Source of the DNA: the human T2T-CHM13v2.0 reference genome, Homo sapiens
Reading direction: 5' to 3' (one strand)
DNA: 64,000 bases
NCBI RefSeq assembly: GCF_009914755.1
Contig: NC_060932.1
The notes beneath the pieces were generated by a model. It ran no database searches and had not been told where the DNA came from. It was given only the letters and a program-made list of their open reading frames with translations. A program made the position numbers and the translations under genes. Positions 1 through 14,110 of the stretch are shown here, piece by piece. Every line of letters starts with the position of its first letter. Within the stretch, counting starts at the first letter, position 1.

Positions 1-914
1 AACTGAAAGACTAAGCTATTGAAGACTGTGGAAGCTAGGACATTTTTACTCTTGTTGCATTCTCTAAGTTTATTTCTCTTGGCATGTTTTCCTCTTTGAC
101 ATCTCTATTTATCTGGAGATTGAGGTTCAATCCTGTGTGACAAACTCAGGAACACAGTTTACTGAGAGCCAAAAGTTGCTGAGCTTGGGGAAGAGGAAGG
201 CAAGTAAGAAACAAAATGAACAAAAGTAAACAGGTGAGGAAGCAATTGTCACAGGCATAGCAGGTCAGCTATAGGTTCAGGCCAACTTCAAAGAGACCTG
301 ATTTATTCATTCACTCGTTTATTCAATCATAAGGGGAAGAACAGGGAGGAGATATAGCTATGAAAGTGCTGAGAAGAGACAATAGGAATAACAGACTATG
401 TCATTTAAAGAATTTCATCCTATAACAAGGCAGGAAAGCATTTCCCTGATGATTTGTGATGTTTAACATTTTTTCTTATACCTGTCGCTTTGTCTATTTT
501 TCAATTTGATTGTTTTCTTACTATTGAATTGAGTTCATCCCATGATAAGACAGGAAAAGTCCAGAAAACATGACCATTAGGGGACATCTCATCTTTCCCT
601 AAGATGGTAGAGGGTCAGTAACACCACCATGGTAAACACCTAGATCTGACCACCAAGAAATCTGATCAATGCTCAGTAGTATTCCTGAAACATACAGGGT
701 CAGAATTTAAGCAATGTGCAAGAAGTATTCTCAAACCTTCCTTGTTCACAGGGAAAGTTTACTGATCTAGTAACTACTGACATCACCTGTGTTTCTAGAG
801 ATGGATGAACCTCCAGGCACACAACTCAACCCTAGCTGGCAGTATTTAGCAAAAAGATTTTAGAATATTTTGGTCTGCCTAGGGTGTACTGTGGTATATT
901 ATTCAGGACTACTG

Positions 915-1400
915 GGGTTTCAACAGGTAGAAACCAAATGCGAACTAACTTAAGCCAAAAAGCAATGTGGGGGCTATTTATTGTTTCATAGAATTGCAAA
1001 TCTAGGTGAACATTGCTAAGTGCACAGTAATCAACCACTGGCATGGCCAGGAGTAGGGGATCAAATGATGTCACCAGGCTCTGGTCCATCTTAAAGTCTC
1101 CACTTAGCATTCCACTGAGAGGGTCCTTGTACCTCCAGCATCACTTCTTCCTTACTGTCAGTAGCCCCAATGGAAAGAGCTATATTTCTTCTCAAATTTT
1201 ATAAAAACACTGGACTTGCTTCCCAATGGCCTAGATTAGATCTTATGTGGAACCCAATCAGGGTCATGAAATGTGCTGAGTGGCTAATCGTGGACCACAT
1301 CCCAACATTTCCAGCTTAAAGTGGGTCAGCCTCATTCATATGGAGTAGACTGAGAATGTGGGGTGTGGGGGAAGTTTCCCAAGGAAAAATGGTTTACTTT
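915..1400 (-). mobile_element. Old ERVL LTR fragment (LTR33-like)
   Basis: AGAAACCAAATGCGAACTAACTTAAGCCAAAAAGC...TTTATTG...GGCATGGCCAGG...CAAATGATGTCACCAGG resembles the recalled LTR33 minus-strand consensus; boundaries approximate. Confidence 0.45.
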
Positions 1401-1539
1401 TACAAGTGAAGAAGAGAAGGATTCCAAACAGGAAAAGAAAGAAAGAAAAAAAAATGATGCCCACAATAAATATATTCCAAGGAAAGGAGTTTGGTATACT
1501 GCCTGGGTGAGAGATGAAAGAAGCCGTGATGCTTCCTTT

Positions 1540-1960
1540 TATAAGTTAGGATGCTTGCTGTTGTTGTCGTAGTTGTTAGGAGATTCAGAAACCCATCATG
1601 AACTAACTTGAAAAGAAAATCAATTGGCTTTATATAATCCAATCATTGGAAGAGGGGGGCTGGCCTCAGGAATTGAATTCATGGTGAAAAAAAAATTATC
1701 AGGACCTTCTGCTCTCCAGCTCTTTCTCTTATTTTACTTGTTAGCTTTATTTTCTTCTACCACTGAACTTTCTTCACCTAGTGGTACACATGGCTCTCTG
1801 GACTCATATCCCTATCATTTCATCAGAAAGGAAAGGACATTTTATTATCATTTCTAGCCTGAAAAATCAAGGGAAGAAACTCACATTTAGCCAGCTGGAA
1901 TCACTTATTTATCTCTTGATCAATTAGGAAAGCAGGGTCTATCGTCAGAAGCATAGTGCT
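1540..1960 (-). mobile_element. Second old ERVL LTR fragment (LTR33-like)
   Basis: CAGAAACCCATCATGAACTAACTTGAAAAG...TTGGCT...GGCTGGCCTCAGG shows the same motif order as 915-1400. Confidence 0.4.
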
Positions 1961-1982
1961 TTGCTGTATAGATGGTATCCAC

Positions 1983-2493
1983 AGCACTAGTTCTCAAACT
2001 TCTTGTGCCATAGAACTTTTTGGCAGTCTGGAGGAAACCGAAAAACCCAATCTAAGAATAATGTATTTAAACTCCTAAGACACAACATATAAGATTGCAA
2101 AGAAAAACTATGATATTTAAGTATAGCTATCAAAATATATTAAAAATAATTTATGATACAATCACATGCATGCTTTATTACTGATACACTAAGTGATAAG
2201 ACGTGGAAACATGCCTAATCACTCCTCACGTAATTTTCAGGTAGTAGTGACCATAAGTATTTACCACATGTGTAAGGTTACATAAAAATATCTGTGATTT
2301 ATTTTGGTAACAATACAGATACTGCTAGTATTATTGTGATTTGTTTCCTGCTTAAAAATTTGAATAAAGTTATACACTTTAGTTTGAAGCCAGTAAAAAT
2401 AATGTTACAATTTTGCCCACCCAAGTCCTTAGTCCCTCTGAATTCTGCTCATAGATCACTGCAGAGTCCATGGACTCCAGGCTAGAAGCTGCT
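1983..2493. mobile_element. hAT-Charlie non-autonomous DNA transposon (MER119-like)
   Basis: Starts near TAGTTCTCAAACTT...TTTGGCAGTCTGG...AGAATAATGTATTTAAA and ends GTCCATGGACTCCAGGCTAGAAGCTGCTG; Charlie-type termini. Confidence 0.6.
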
Positions 2494-3371
2494 GAACTAG
2501 AGAGTCAATGAGGTAAGAATTGAAAAATCCCTAAGAAAAGATGCATTTCAGGAGCTACTGGATCCAGCTGCCCATCTTCACCTGGATAATTTTACGCCAA
2601 GGCCAAAACTAAGATTTTATTTTACATGATTGTGATGTAGGCCTTTCTTGACCTAGCTATTCCCATTATGTCTCATCTGAAGAGTGAAATAATTTGTGAT
2701 GTCACTTTGTTCAGAAAAGGTTGTTTCTCAGACCTACACCTTGTTTTGCGTTTGAGTCCTAAACGGGTAGCAAGGTTTATATTTAGCACTAAGCCGTGAA
2801 TAGTAGAGCTTAAAGTATCAAGAAGAGCGGTTCAACTCTGGTGGAAGTGGAGGTGTTCTGCTTTCGATGGGTGACAAGGAGAAGAGCAGTACAGGCCATA
2901 GATACATGGACACTAGCCATTTGAGGTTACAGTCTAGAACTGGATAACCCTGCAAGAACTAATGATAACAGAGTCAGAAATATCTACTTCAAAAACCTAA
3001 TTTTTTTTAAAAAAAAATTCTTATTTCCCTCTTTTTCTTTCATAGTATTTTTAAATTATTTTAAGACTTTAACCTTCTTTGGCTGTGCCAAGAAGGAAAA
3101 AACAAATAGTTTATGTTTGGGATAGAATTTTTGAAGAACAATGAGGAATGCACCCCTGGGAACTGGCATTGATAGTCAAAGTAATTTATGTGATGTGAAT
3201 GGTTGAGGAAATAGATTTAGGATCCTTGATCAGCTACTCCATGCTTCTTGGCAATCTCTTGGAGCTTCTGAGTGGATTTTAATGAGAAAGCATTTCGCAA
3301 AGCATTAACCAGATTATTGTGAACTCAGGTGAGGGAAGAGCCAAAATATCAAATCCAACAAAAACTGAATA

Positions 3372-3585
3372 ACTACTATGAGTCAGGCATTATGGAATGC
3401 ATTTTACAGATACTAATTTATTTAAGCCTCTCAAAATGTGTGGAATAGCTACCATTATTTTCATTTTACAAGTGAGAGAACTGAAACGCAGAGAAGGTGA
3501 GTAATTTATTGAAGATCACACAGCTGGTAAACAGCAGAATACGTATGTGATGCCAGGATGCCTGACTACAAATCTAGTGCTCCTC
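3372..3585 (-). mobile_element. MIR SINE
   Basis: Reverse MIR core CATTTTACAAGTGAGAGAACTGAAACGCAGAGAAGGTGAGTAATTTATTGAAGATCACACAGCTGGTAA. Confidence 0.85.
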
Positions 3586-6500
3586 TTTGCTGTCATATCT
3601 CCTTGCCAAAGAAACGCACTTGCTCACCCAGTTATTTCTTGTACCCATTGGCCAGCTTCCCTGGACTCTGGGCAATTTGCCAATAGAAAAAACAGAATCA
3701 TCAGTGTGAAAAACCTGGAAATGGACCTTATGTGACCTTAAGGCAGATTTCCTTACCCTGGCTTTTGCAAAGAAGAGAGTCAAAATGATTCCAAAAAAGA
3801 ACAAAAGCTTAGAAGTTTTATATGTCCTTACTTGAGCTGTATTCCTATTTTTTAAAGTGATGATCCTAATTATTAGATTATAGTGAGATCAGAACAGAAT
3901 TATCTAGAATATCTCTAATGTCACACTGAGAATCATAATAGAAAGCATATGTAAAAGTATTAACTTTCACAAAACAAATATTTGTCGATGGGGAGTGAGA
4001 GGGGAGAATAATTTGAGCTTTGTATTTGTCGAGCATCAGACTGATAGAACTGCTATGTAGAAATGAACATAAAGATATATCATGATTAGTTATGACATAT
4101 TGGCACCACTCTCAAATTAATCCAGACATTTAGACCTTCAAAGCAGGTCACTATTTTTTGGACTATGGCAGCAATTAATAAATCAATCTTATCACAGAGT
4201 GATTGATTAGCACATTTTGAAGAATGTATAGCAAATGGCTACGCTAATCAAGGGAAATAAAACTATTCATAGATCTCTTTTTAATTTGAATTTTCTCCAA
4301 TTATAAACAGATTCTCCCTACCCCCAGCCATATCTAAGTGCATTTAATATACTACGGATAGAAAAATGTGTGAGACTGACAAAATATCCACAGTCTGTAA
4401 CCTCTATTGGAAAAGGCTTTGATTACAGTAAAATTACACAAAAATGTGTCATTAAAAGACATTGGACAGACATAAAATCTAACCTTTTGAGCTGAAGAAT
4501 ACTTAATATTCTCTTCATGATCACACAAGGGGAAATTCTTTGCTATGGAATAGCTATTTTCCTGTTAAGCAGGCTATTTCCTCAATGATTTATTTCTGAG
4601 ATGTAATAGGTCGTTTAAAATGGTGGTTTAAAAGTTGGGCCTTTTGTTTAATTTTCTCACAGGCGGTTGGTAATTATCATGGTTCTGCAGTTTCTCTGGA
4701 ATGCCGTGGAGGGTCAAATGCCAATGGAACCCTGCTTTATAGGGTAATTAAGACAGTCGACATGGTTATTAAATACATCATGCTAAACTAAACTGGAATG
4801 CTGTGAAATAAAATCCAAAATCATAAATAAAACTTGGGTATTCCAGCAAAGGGGTATGTGTGAAAAGGAGGAGCTTTATGCTCTCAGAATTGCAATAAAT
4901 AGCTCTTGCCCACTCAGACTTACTAAAATCTGGCTACTGAAAGCCTCTGGATTAGCCTTTCAGAGAATGAAACTGAAATAAATATGGTATATTTTCCACA
5001 TACACATGAAATTCGAATTCCTGCTATTTTATGTTATGTAAAATAATACAATAATACGTTTTGGTCGATCATTTGTGTTCTTTATTGCAAAGATCAAATG
5101 CTGAAAATATGTATAAAGTTATCCAATGTAAATTTGCTATGACTAGCAAATGAATATTAGATAATCTTTTCTAAACACTATCAAAAATGTCTCCCTTTGC
5201 AAGGTCTTTCCAATGACTGCTCATCACTGTGTATTCAAGCTGCCTTTCAGAATTCATCTGTAACCAGCATAAGACCACAATATAATGACTACTTTAAAGA
5301 AACCCGTAACAGGGTATGTGAAGGCTTGTTGATGTTGATAATTCTAAGCAGTGGTGATGGGTAAATATTGTCATCACAATATAAGCCTTCCAAATATGTA
5401 ACTGTTTTGTGGTCATAAGCTTTCAAACTCAAGAGCTGAAGGCTTCGGTAATTTAATTTCTTTCCAGAAAATGTGATGAGTATACAAAAATGCTGGCAAA
5501 AGGCCTGGACAAAATGAGAACAGAATAAAATGCAATCTTTCCAACCTGTTATATGCTGCCTACAAGAGATTTTAAATTATTCTTCCCTTGCGTATTGCCT
5601 GAAAGTTTTTGCTATATGCATGTTTACAGGCAAATTCATTGGTTTACTAGGCAAAGGAAAAGAACTAGTCTTAAATAGGGGAAATAAATATTTCCAATTC
5701 TAGCTGTAAAACTAGAAGCCAAAACGTATAGTTGACAGGCAGGGAGCCAGCTGACTTAAGATCACTAGTCTTTCCTTAAAATCAGTCTCCGTATTTCCAC
5801 ATGGAACACATTTTAAGTTAACAATGTGTAGTTTGGCAAAGGAATTGTTTTTCTTTGGCATGAAACGGTTGTCTCGTTTTTTAAAAATGTATATTCTGCC
5901 TGCTTCTATACACAATGTGTGTCGACATTCTTTTGAACTTTAAAAACTGTTGCTATATCAGGAAATTTGTAGATAATTCCTTTTTACAATTTTTGTCTAA
6001 ATAGAAAAGTGCATATTTAACATATTCATATGCTTGTTCTTACGCCTGGTATCATTCTGAATATTGCTTAAATATACCTTGAAATGCATATTGAATGGAG
6101 ACTTAACTATATCACATACTTTGGGGAAAACAGGCCTCTCAGAGAAGTCATTTAAAATTTCTTTGATGAGTATTTTTATAGGGTTTATTGACAATGTACA
6201 ATCTGAAAATGAATGCAGCCATTCCCTTCTCTCAGTCAGAGTCTTAAAATTGAGTCATTCTATCCACAATGTATTTATAGCACTGAAAACAGTAGAGTGG
6301 AATGCTACCCATTCAAACATTTGCAGTCTATTTCCCTATTTCTGGCTGCTACTACAGAAAACTCAGAAAAGCAGAAATGCAAATCTTCAGACATTGGTTC
6401 CACATGAAATGGGACAGACTGCTGCACCAGCTACTGTTGTTGAGACCAGATAGGGCCACTGCTGCCTACACATAAAGAAGGCCATTAAGGAGAAGTTGTT

Positions 6501-8200
6501 TATTTCTGCTTCTGCAGAAATCATAAACACCAACCTGGAGCCTGACAGCCCAAGCTGTGCTGCAGTAAATTCTAGTACTTTGTTGGCCATTCTAAACTGC
6601 CCAGTAAAAGTTACTGTAGCTAAATCCCATATACATTTCATGAAATAATCCTTCTCAGAAGATGGTATCATATTCATGCACAGCAGGGTGTGCAAATGCC
6701 TATAAATCACATGTAGAATCTGAAATATCTATTTAAAAAAATCTAACCATGACCCTTTGCCAGACAATAGGCCTTCATATGCTTTGCAGCTTAGCAGACA
6801 CCCAGGAATTTTGTTTGGAAGTAATAGCTACTGTCTATGTAATATTTAGGACCTATTTATGAAGCATCTGGCAGAAAATAAAAGAGTTTTCTCCACTAAC
6901 ATATGCTAAAGAAGGATGTGGTCATGTGCCGACTCCTCCTTTTCTGATTTTTTGCAAATAGCACAACATAAGAGATGGTTGTTTCTGGCTGCCCTGCTGC
7001 CTGTCATGGCTGTCAGGCGAAATCCCATGAATTATTGCTCTTCCAGATGTAAGAGATTTTCAGGCTGCCTTAAACTGCCTGTGGTTTGTGGTACTGGAGA
7101 GGAGAGAAACGAGATTAAACTTCATCTCATCAGTGCAATCTGAAAAGATCACACAGAGGACTAATAATCAGGGCTTTTTCATTCCAGAGCCAGACTTGAG
7201 AGCTGTGTGTTTTTGTTTCAAGGTGATGTCCCATTAAGCTTGTTGGAAGACAGTGATTAAGGTCAAACAATATTTGAGGAAGATCAAAATTTAAAAAAAG
7301 AAAAGAAAAGTGTTCAACCCTCTTCTGATGCTTCCTTATTGTATTTGCTTAAAGGGGAAGGACTGATCATTTTCACTGATGGCAGAGAATGGGAAGTGGA
7401 TGTACTTCTGCAATTCAAAGTTGTCAGCATTTCTTAATACAAGGTTAATGTGAGAAAAATTAGAAATGTTCCCATAAAATTATAGCTCTACTGTTCATTG
7501 TAATTTAGAGCATACATTCATCACCATAAAAAGAATCAAGTGTCACTTTTTGTTATCTCTAAAGGTCAGTTTTGAAGTCTTGATTTTGTGTGTGTGTGAT
7601 TCTATGAACATGTTACATAGAGTCTGAAAATATTCATTTAAAAAATCAGTGGTTGGTAGTAATGCTTTATGATATTTTGAGTTTTTTAAAAGAAAATTTG
7701 GTTCAGTTTTCCCTTCAAAATAATATACTCCTATAACCTCCTATAAGTGGTAAATATCAGCAGATTCAATAACCCCAGTTACCAATATTTAACTAAAGGT
7801 TTTCATAACTGTTTCCAGAATGACTCAGAAAATAAATCACACCCTCTCCCATTATGTACACTTTGAGCCCTCAGGGAGAAAACTTATAACTCATTACATT
7901 TTGATTCCCTTTGATCAAATACCATATACAGCACCTGGATATTATAATTTTAAATAATAGTCGTGACATAAACTAGGATAATGCTTAAAAACCTAAGAAT
8001 CTTAATATGGTTACTATTAGTTCTTATCATTTATGGCATGGAGAAATGCTGAGTGGTTTTGTGGCATTTTGCTAGAGTTCCATTAGCAGAATATTAATTA
8101 TAGATCAAGAAAACATGTTTTTCAAGAAACACCTGGAAATAATCGACAAATATATATGTCTTAGATCAGAACATAATTGCCTCAATTCAACCTGTGTAAC

Positions 8201-8252
8201 TTTTTTCTTTTTCTTTTTCTTTCTTTTCTTTTTTTTTTTTTTTTTTTTTTTT
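8201..8252. repeat. T-rich / poly(T) tract
   Basis: (TTTTC)n grading into a run of more than 20 T. Confidence 0.9.
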
Positions 8253-9229
8253 TAAGATGTAGCCTGTTTAAGTAATGGGGTAGGCTACCAGATGTGAAAC
8301 CTCCCAGGCCAGCTTTTCTTTCCATTTCAGCGTAGGCACCTCACATAGATTCTCTAATGTGAGGGATCCCAGTGAAACAGTGATGAAAACCACAGGTACA
8401 AGTGGCTTACATGAAAGCATTTATTGCTTTTCATGCATTGCATTATAGTATAGTGGGAAAAAAAAGCCCTTCGTTGAAAATGCATTAATTATTTGACACT
8501 GGTTTGCCTCAAAGTCATTTTTACTATGGGATGCAAGTGAAAGATCACAGCTGAAAAAAACATCATCATACTTGAGGTAGGCTCACAGAATCTTTTCTTG
8601 TGTTCTGTGTGAAGTTGTCTTGAACTGAAACCTATGCTCCTTAAGGATTAAGGGATTGAAAAGCAAAGACTGAGGCTGCTGTAATTTAAACCCAGAGATT
8701 CCCCAGCACAAAGGTGCAAAATGGACTAAGCCAATCTGACTCTTTCCTTGTTCAGTAAAGAAATAATTTTCCTTTAGAAAGTTTTATACTATTAACATTC
8801 CAAAGGTGTTATCATCTTTAAAGCAAGTGGTCTTCTCTTGGTTTTAACATGCATTGAGTGCTCACAGACACTAAATAAGTGGACATCGTTTTAAATTACA
8901 ATTTATGAATCTCTAAACAATTTTCTATATAAGAGAAATATAAGGCCATTTTAAAGTAAAATGCATAATGATCTTCAGTGACTTGCATTTTCTTTGTTAA
9001 ATTGGTAGTTTATTTTATTAAATATTTTCCTGGAGTTTGAGGTTGTATATTTACTTTTTTTGTAGGAAAATGCTTATTTCCAACTCAATGAATTATCCAA
9101 GTCAATGAAATTTAAAACTGTTAATTTTCCTTCAAGTAACGAAAATAATCTCTGAGCAAGAAAAAGCCCTTAATTGCAGTCATCTATTTTATTACATGTG
9201 GTTTAAGTCCAAATGAAAACTCAAAGAGA

Positions 9230-9400
9230 TCTTTATTCAGTCGTTGGGTCAATCTTTCATTCGAGTTAGTTTTCAAGCACTTCGTGTCATTCAGTTAGGC
9301 ACTTCACATTCAAGGGTGCAAATATAGACATAGCTTTGCCTTCACGTCTAGTGAGAGACATATACATTAAATTAATAATTAAGTAAATAGCTATGTAAAC
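9230..9400 (-). mobile_element. L2 LINE 3' fragment
   Basis: Degenerate TTCATTC...AGCAC...TAGGCACT...AGACATAGCTTTGCCTTCA...TCTAGTGAGAGAC pattern. Confidence 0.45.
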
Positions 9401-9704
9401 TACAATTAGCCAGCTGTAAAGGGTCATGAAAATAAGAAATTCCCATAATGTGAATTTTGCCAACATTTGTGTTTGTATAGCTCTGACATAAGGATGCTAT
9501 GATTTATTCTAAGTAAAATAACTGAAAATTTCATATCTATAGTTTCCAAAAAGAAATAAAACATCTACCTATAAACAAGATGGGAATGATAAGACTGCAA
9601 ATGACAGATTTCAGAAATGATAAAATTTGTATTTATGATTTCAGAATTCTGAGTTTCATATTTAGTTTCACATATTAAGTAGGAAAAATAATCAGTATAA
9701 GAAG

Positions 9705-9708
<4 letters not shown>

Positions 9709-9734
<26 letters not shown>
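9709..9734. repeat. (AT)n microsatellite
   Basis: About 13 perfect AT units. Confidence 0.95.
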
Positions 9735-9741
<7 letters not shown>

Positions 9742-10589
9742 GTATGTATATAAGCCATTTCTAACCGGTCCTTAATAATTATATCTGATATCCCTTTGAA
9801 AACCATATAGTGAAAATGGAACATATTAAAATATAAAAACAAAAATTTTTAGTCAAAAAACTTGGATTTTAGCTTTTGATTTTTTCTCACATCAGTGTTC
9901 TACTCTAATCCTTCTCAGATTTTAGCTTATATTTCTAATTTAATCTTCAGAGTATAGCATCATTTTCTCACTTCCAATTTGGTAATGATTTGGATATTTC
10001 ATACCTTGAAATATCAGTCTTTTACTTCCTGTGTTTTACTTTTTTCTTCAGGGTGTTATTCCTAATTACCCAATATTTTGCAGTTCATATTTCATGTTTT
10101 TATTAGAGTATGATTGAGTAACCATTTGGTTAAATTGATCAATTTGGCCAAACCCAATAATATAAAGTATCCAGATCATCTATGTACATAGATCAAGCTA
10201 GTCTTGTTTTCTTTTCTTTGAAACCACTCAACACATTCCTCTCAAGTATTGTCAAGTTCCCAGCCCCTTCTGAGCCACTTTTGCCTCTGCTATTGAATTT
10301 TAATTTTTCACCTTTATTGAGTTCACTTTCACTCAACTTACAAATCTAATTACTCACCACATAAAAATTTTCAAATATTCTTCCTCTAATGTCTAGTGGA
10401 CTTAATGATTTTCAGATTTACAGAGTGAATATTACATTTCATTTTCCAAATATGAATGGGTGGATGACTACATAAAAAAATTATAATAAGGTGGAATTTA
10501 GGGAGCACTGTTTGTTTCAGAGATTACTTTTCCTGGTAAAAAAATAAAAATAAAAAAATAAAAGATTGTACAACTGTATGAATAAAAGA

Positions 10590-10656
10590 TTGAGGCCAGA
10601 CCTGCCAGTAATGCTTAACTGGGTTGGAAGATAGTGGAGAGTACCAGTTTATCATA
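10590..10656 (+). repeat. 67-bp dispersed direct duplication, copy 1 (pairs with 12172-12238)
   Basis: TTGAGGCCAGACCTGCCAGTAATGCTTAA(C/T)TGGGTTGGAAGATAGTGGAGAGTACCAGTTTATCATA; 66/67 identical. Confidence 0.95.
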
Positions 10657-11256
10657 ACATTTTTCTGTATTTGGTATGAGACTTACAAAATACAGAAGAA
10701 TGCAAAGAAGTAAATGAAAGTAACTTGTAATCCAACCTAAGAGATTAGATCAGTGGTTTTCATCATTATATCCTTTAGTGTCATGTGGTACATCTACAGG
10801 GAAAAAAATCATGTATTTTTCTTCTGTTAATTTTAAAATAAATTAATGTATAAATGCACATTACAAAGTTCTTAGTAATATGTAAATTAAAGTTGCAATT
10901 AAACTCATTTCAATTCAATTCAATAATAGCCATTGTCTTCTCTCTGAGGGAGAAAAATAGAGACCCTCAATCACTATCGCTCTCCCTGAAAGTGAAGGCT
11001 CGTCTCAAGTTAAACCTTATATCTTTCATTGTTGAAATTTTAAATCATTTGAATATATCTATAAGAATGATTCAACCTCTCCCCCTCCATTATATTTACA
11101 TAACTGAAATATTTGATGGATTTTTTCCGCTTACAATGGCCTTCCTTGATACACATTAATACTGCATTCAATCATTACTTATTAATTCATCATAAAGTAG
11201 GTAGTGAGCATCCACTGCGTATTGTTGGGTTGTATATTTGAAAATCAAAGCTATAA

Positions 11257-11660
<404 letters not shown>

Positions 11661-12171
11661 AAAAATCTGTTTATTTAAAGTTATATAAGTAAAATTTAAA
11701 CAAGAAAATGAAAAACTTTTTACAACTTCGTATTACATACTCAAAATAAAATGCCAAGACTTGGTATTATTTAATATTTTAGAAAATCTTGTCCATACTT
11801 TTCTGTGAAAACTAAATTAGCTGTAACAGCTTCAAACTGCATTGTATGCTATTATTTCTATACATAATTGCTACTGTCTACTACATTCAAGTTATCCTTT
11901 TTGTGTAAAGTAATAGAATAAAATTATTTTATAAATTTGTAAACATGTCAAATAAAAGCCAAAAGTATGAATCATGAAAAGTATCACAGTATCTCAAATT
12001 TGCATATAATTATGGGATCTGGGGGAGGTTTTCATACAAGTTTATGGATTTCTGTCTGTAGACATAACTTTGGCCAACACTGCCCATTTATAACTTTAAA
12101 ATCCTATTTTGAAGGTTCAGACACCCTCTCCAGGAGCAGAAGTAATTCCATTTCTATATTCCATGTGCCTC

Positions 12172-12238
12172 TTGAGGCCAGACCTGCCAGTAATGCTTAA
12201 TTGGGTTGGAAGATAGTGGAGAGTACCAGTTTATCATA
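12172..12238 (+). repeat. 67-bp dispersed direct duplication, copy 2
   Basis: Matches 10590-10656 with one substitution. Confidence 0.95.
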
Positions 12239-13801
12239 GAGGCAACTGACACAAAACTTTTTCATTTATCTGAGGTTGGACTGTGTCTGGGTTCAGAGAT
12301 GAAAGGTCAGTTTTTTATCCACTAAGTCCCCTAGACATTCCAAAATCCTTAGTATGTTACAAATTTGAACAGTTTAAGCTCTCTTAAATAAAGAATCTCT
12401 TCTCTGGGTAAAGTATCCAGTGTATATAGATATAGTGGAGAAGAAACATGTGAAAGGTCATAGCCATGACCTTTTAACATCAATAGTTTTATTTATAGCC
12501 AGACGCTTAGTCTGTAGAGCTTAATATGAAAGCAAGAAGAAAGACAAAGGTATCTCGTTAGCTTTATAATAGCTATCCAGTTATATAAAAGTTGTCTTTT
12601 TATCTTGAGTAGAGAATAAAAGTTATAAATAATTAAATCGACAGCTATTTTAAAGTAAAGAACAACATTTCTCAATCATTTTTAATTGAACACATTCTAT
12701 TTCTCTCTGGATATGGCCTAAAATAATTTACCAGATTTTATAGGAATACTTTTATTTCTTCATATGTGATTTATTTGCAAAAGACAAAATAATAGTATGT
12801 TATTTTTATTACTACTTGCCTCTTTGTCACCTATTTGGTGTCTTGCTGTGTTTCAAATGACATGTGAGAGAGTTGTATCTTACAGCATTCAAATTCTGTT
12901 GCATGGATTTTTAGTAGTTTAGGAAATTTAGCAAATACACATGCATATGCATTTGTTTACTATTCTCAGAATACTTCTCAAGCAGTTTAAAGACAATGCC
13001 CAAGGTATATTGAGAAAAGCTCAAGTAGGTTAGAAAGACCACGTGTGTTAGCAAAATGTGAAACAAGGCTGGAGAAGAGGCCATGAAGAGTTTCTAGTGG
13101 AAAATGCAAGATGATGACTCAACCTAAAAACAAAGGGAGACTGGGAAGGCTTTTATGAAGAAGAGCAACCAAATCTTAGTTCCTGACTCTAGTCTGAGGG
13201 TATAACTGGACGTTACTTAGAACCACCTCCTCTTTGCAACTCCCCAGGTTGGAAGAGCCTAACAAACTGCCTTCTCTCAAGAGGCTGACTTGTCTCTCTG
13301 AGGCCCCCTAGCCGAGAGGTGGCCTTTCACTAAGACATTTCACTGATATGATACCGTTTGTCCGTTTCTTATAACCCCTTAGTTTAATTGATGCTAATGT
13401 CATAATGGAAACTAACAGGTATCATTTGCTTTTTAATGGGAACTCTTAGAGACAATGTCTTCACCTAGAAAAAAAAATGACTAAATTGGTCAGAATTTTA
13501 GCTACTGTATCTATGCATATAATGGTCAAGGATGCCTTTCCACACTTCATTTTAAGCTGTATATAATAATTGGGATTTTTTTCTTGTAATTCTGTATTCA
13601 CAACCAACCTTCCTGGTGTGATACAGAAACCTCTCTGTGAATCATGGTCAAAACTTTAGAGATAAAAACTCTTGGGCTGTTTTTATCACTATTGGGCTGT
13701 ATTTTGTCTCTTTGAGCTTTTATTTTCCAGTTGAAAGCTTATCTGCTTAATCACATTAAGGTAAAAAAAAAAAAAACTTCAGTAAACAGTGTTGAGTATC
13801 T

Positions 13802-13847
13802 ATTAAAAGTAATGGCAAAAACCACAATTATTTTTGCACCAACCTAA
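13802..13847. mobile_element. Half MADE1 / solo Hsmar1 mariner terminal inverted repeat
   Basis: ATTAAAAGTAATGGCAAAAACCACAATTATTTTTGCACCAACCTAA followed by TA matches one MADE1 arm plus spacer. Confidence 0.9.
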
Positions 13848-13904
13848 TAATAGTAGGTAAAAACCCAAATTATTAAAATTTATAAGATTTTAATACATAG
13901 GTAG

Positions 13905-14110
13905 AAGTCCAGGTTCAGGAGCTAGGAAGACCTAGTTTGAATGCATGTTCAAAAACCTACTTGATTTGACCAGTAGCTGAACATCCCTAAGCCTCATTCT
14001 CTTAAAATGAGGATGCAATGTGATGGGAGGTGTAATAATTGTGAGGCTCTAATGGGTTCATTTATGTAAATTATAAGGCTGGTTTAGAGCAAGCATTCAC
14101 TTAACCTGCA
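13905..14110 (+). mobile_element. MIR SINE (degenerate)
   Basis: GGAGCTAGGAAGACCTAGTTTGAAT...CCCTAAGCCTCATT...TAAAATGAGGAT...TTGTGAGG. Confidence 0.65.

Noticed and set aside
6064-6710. Overlapping 129-aa (+) and 107-aa (-) ORFs in unique sequence
   Set aside because: No recognisable domain, non-ATG starts and no exon context; lengths are compatible with chance
13802-13849. miR-548-family microRNA
   Set aside because: Only one MADE1 arm is present, so no hairpin precursor can form
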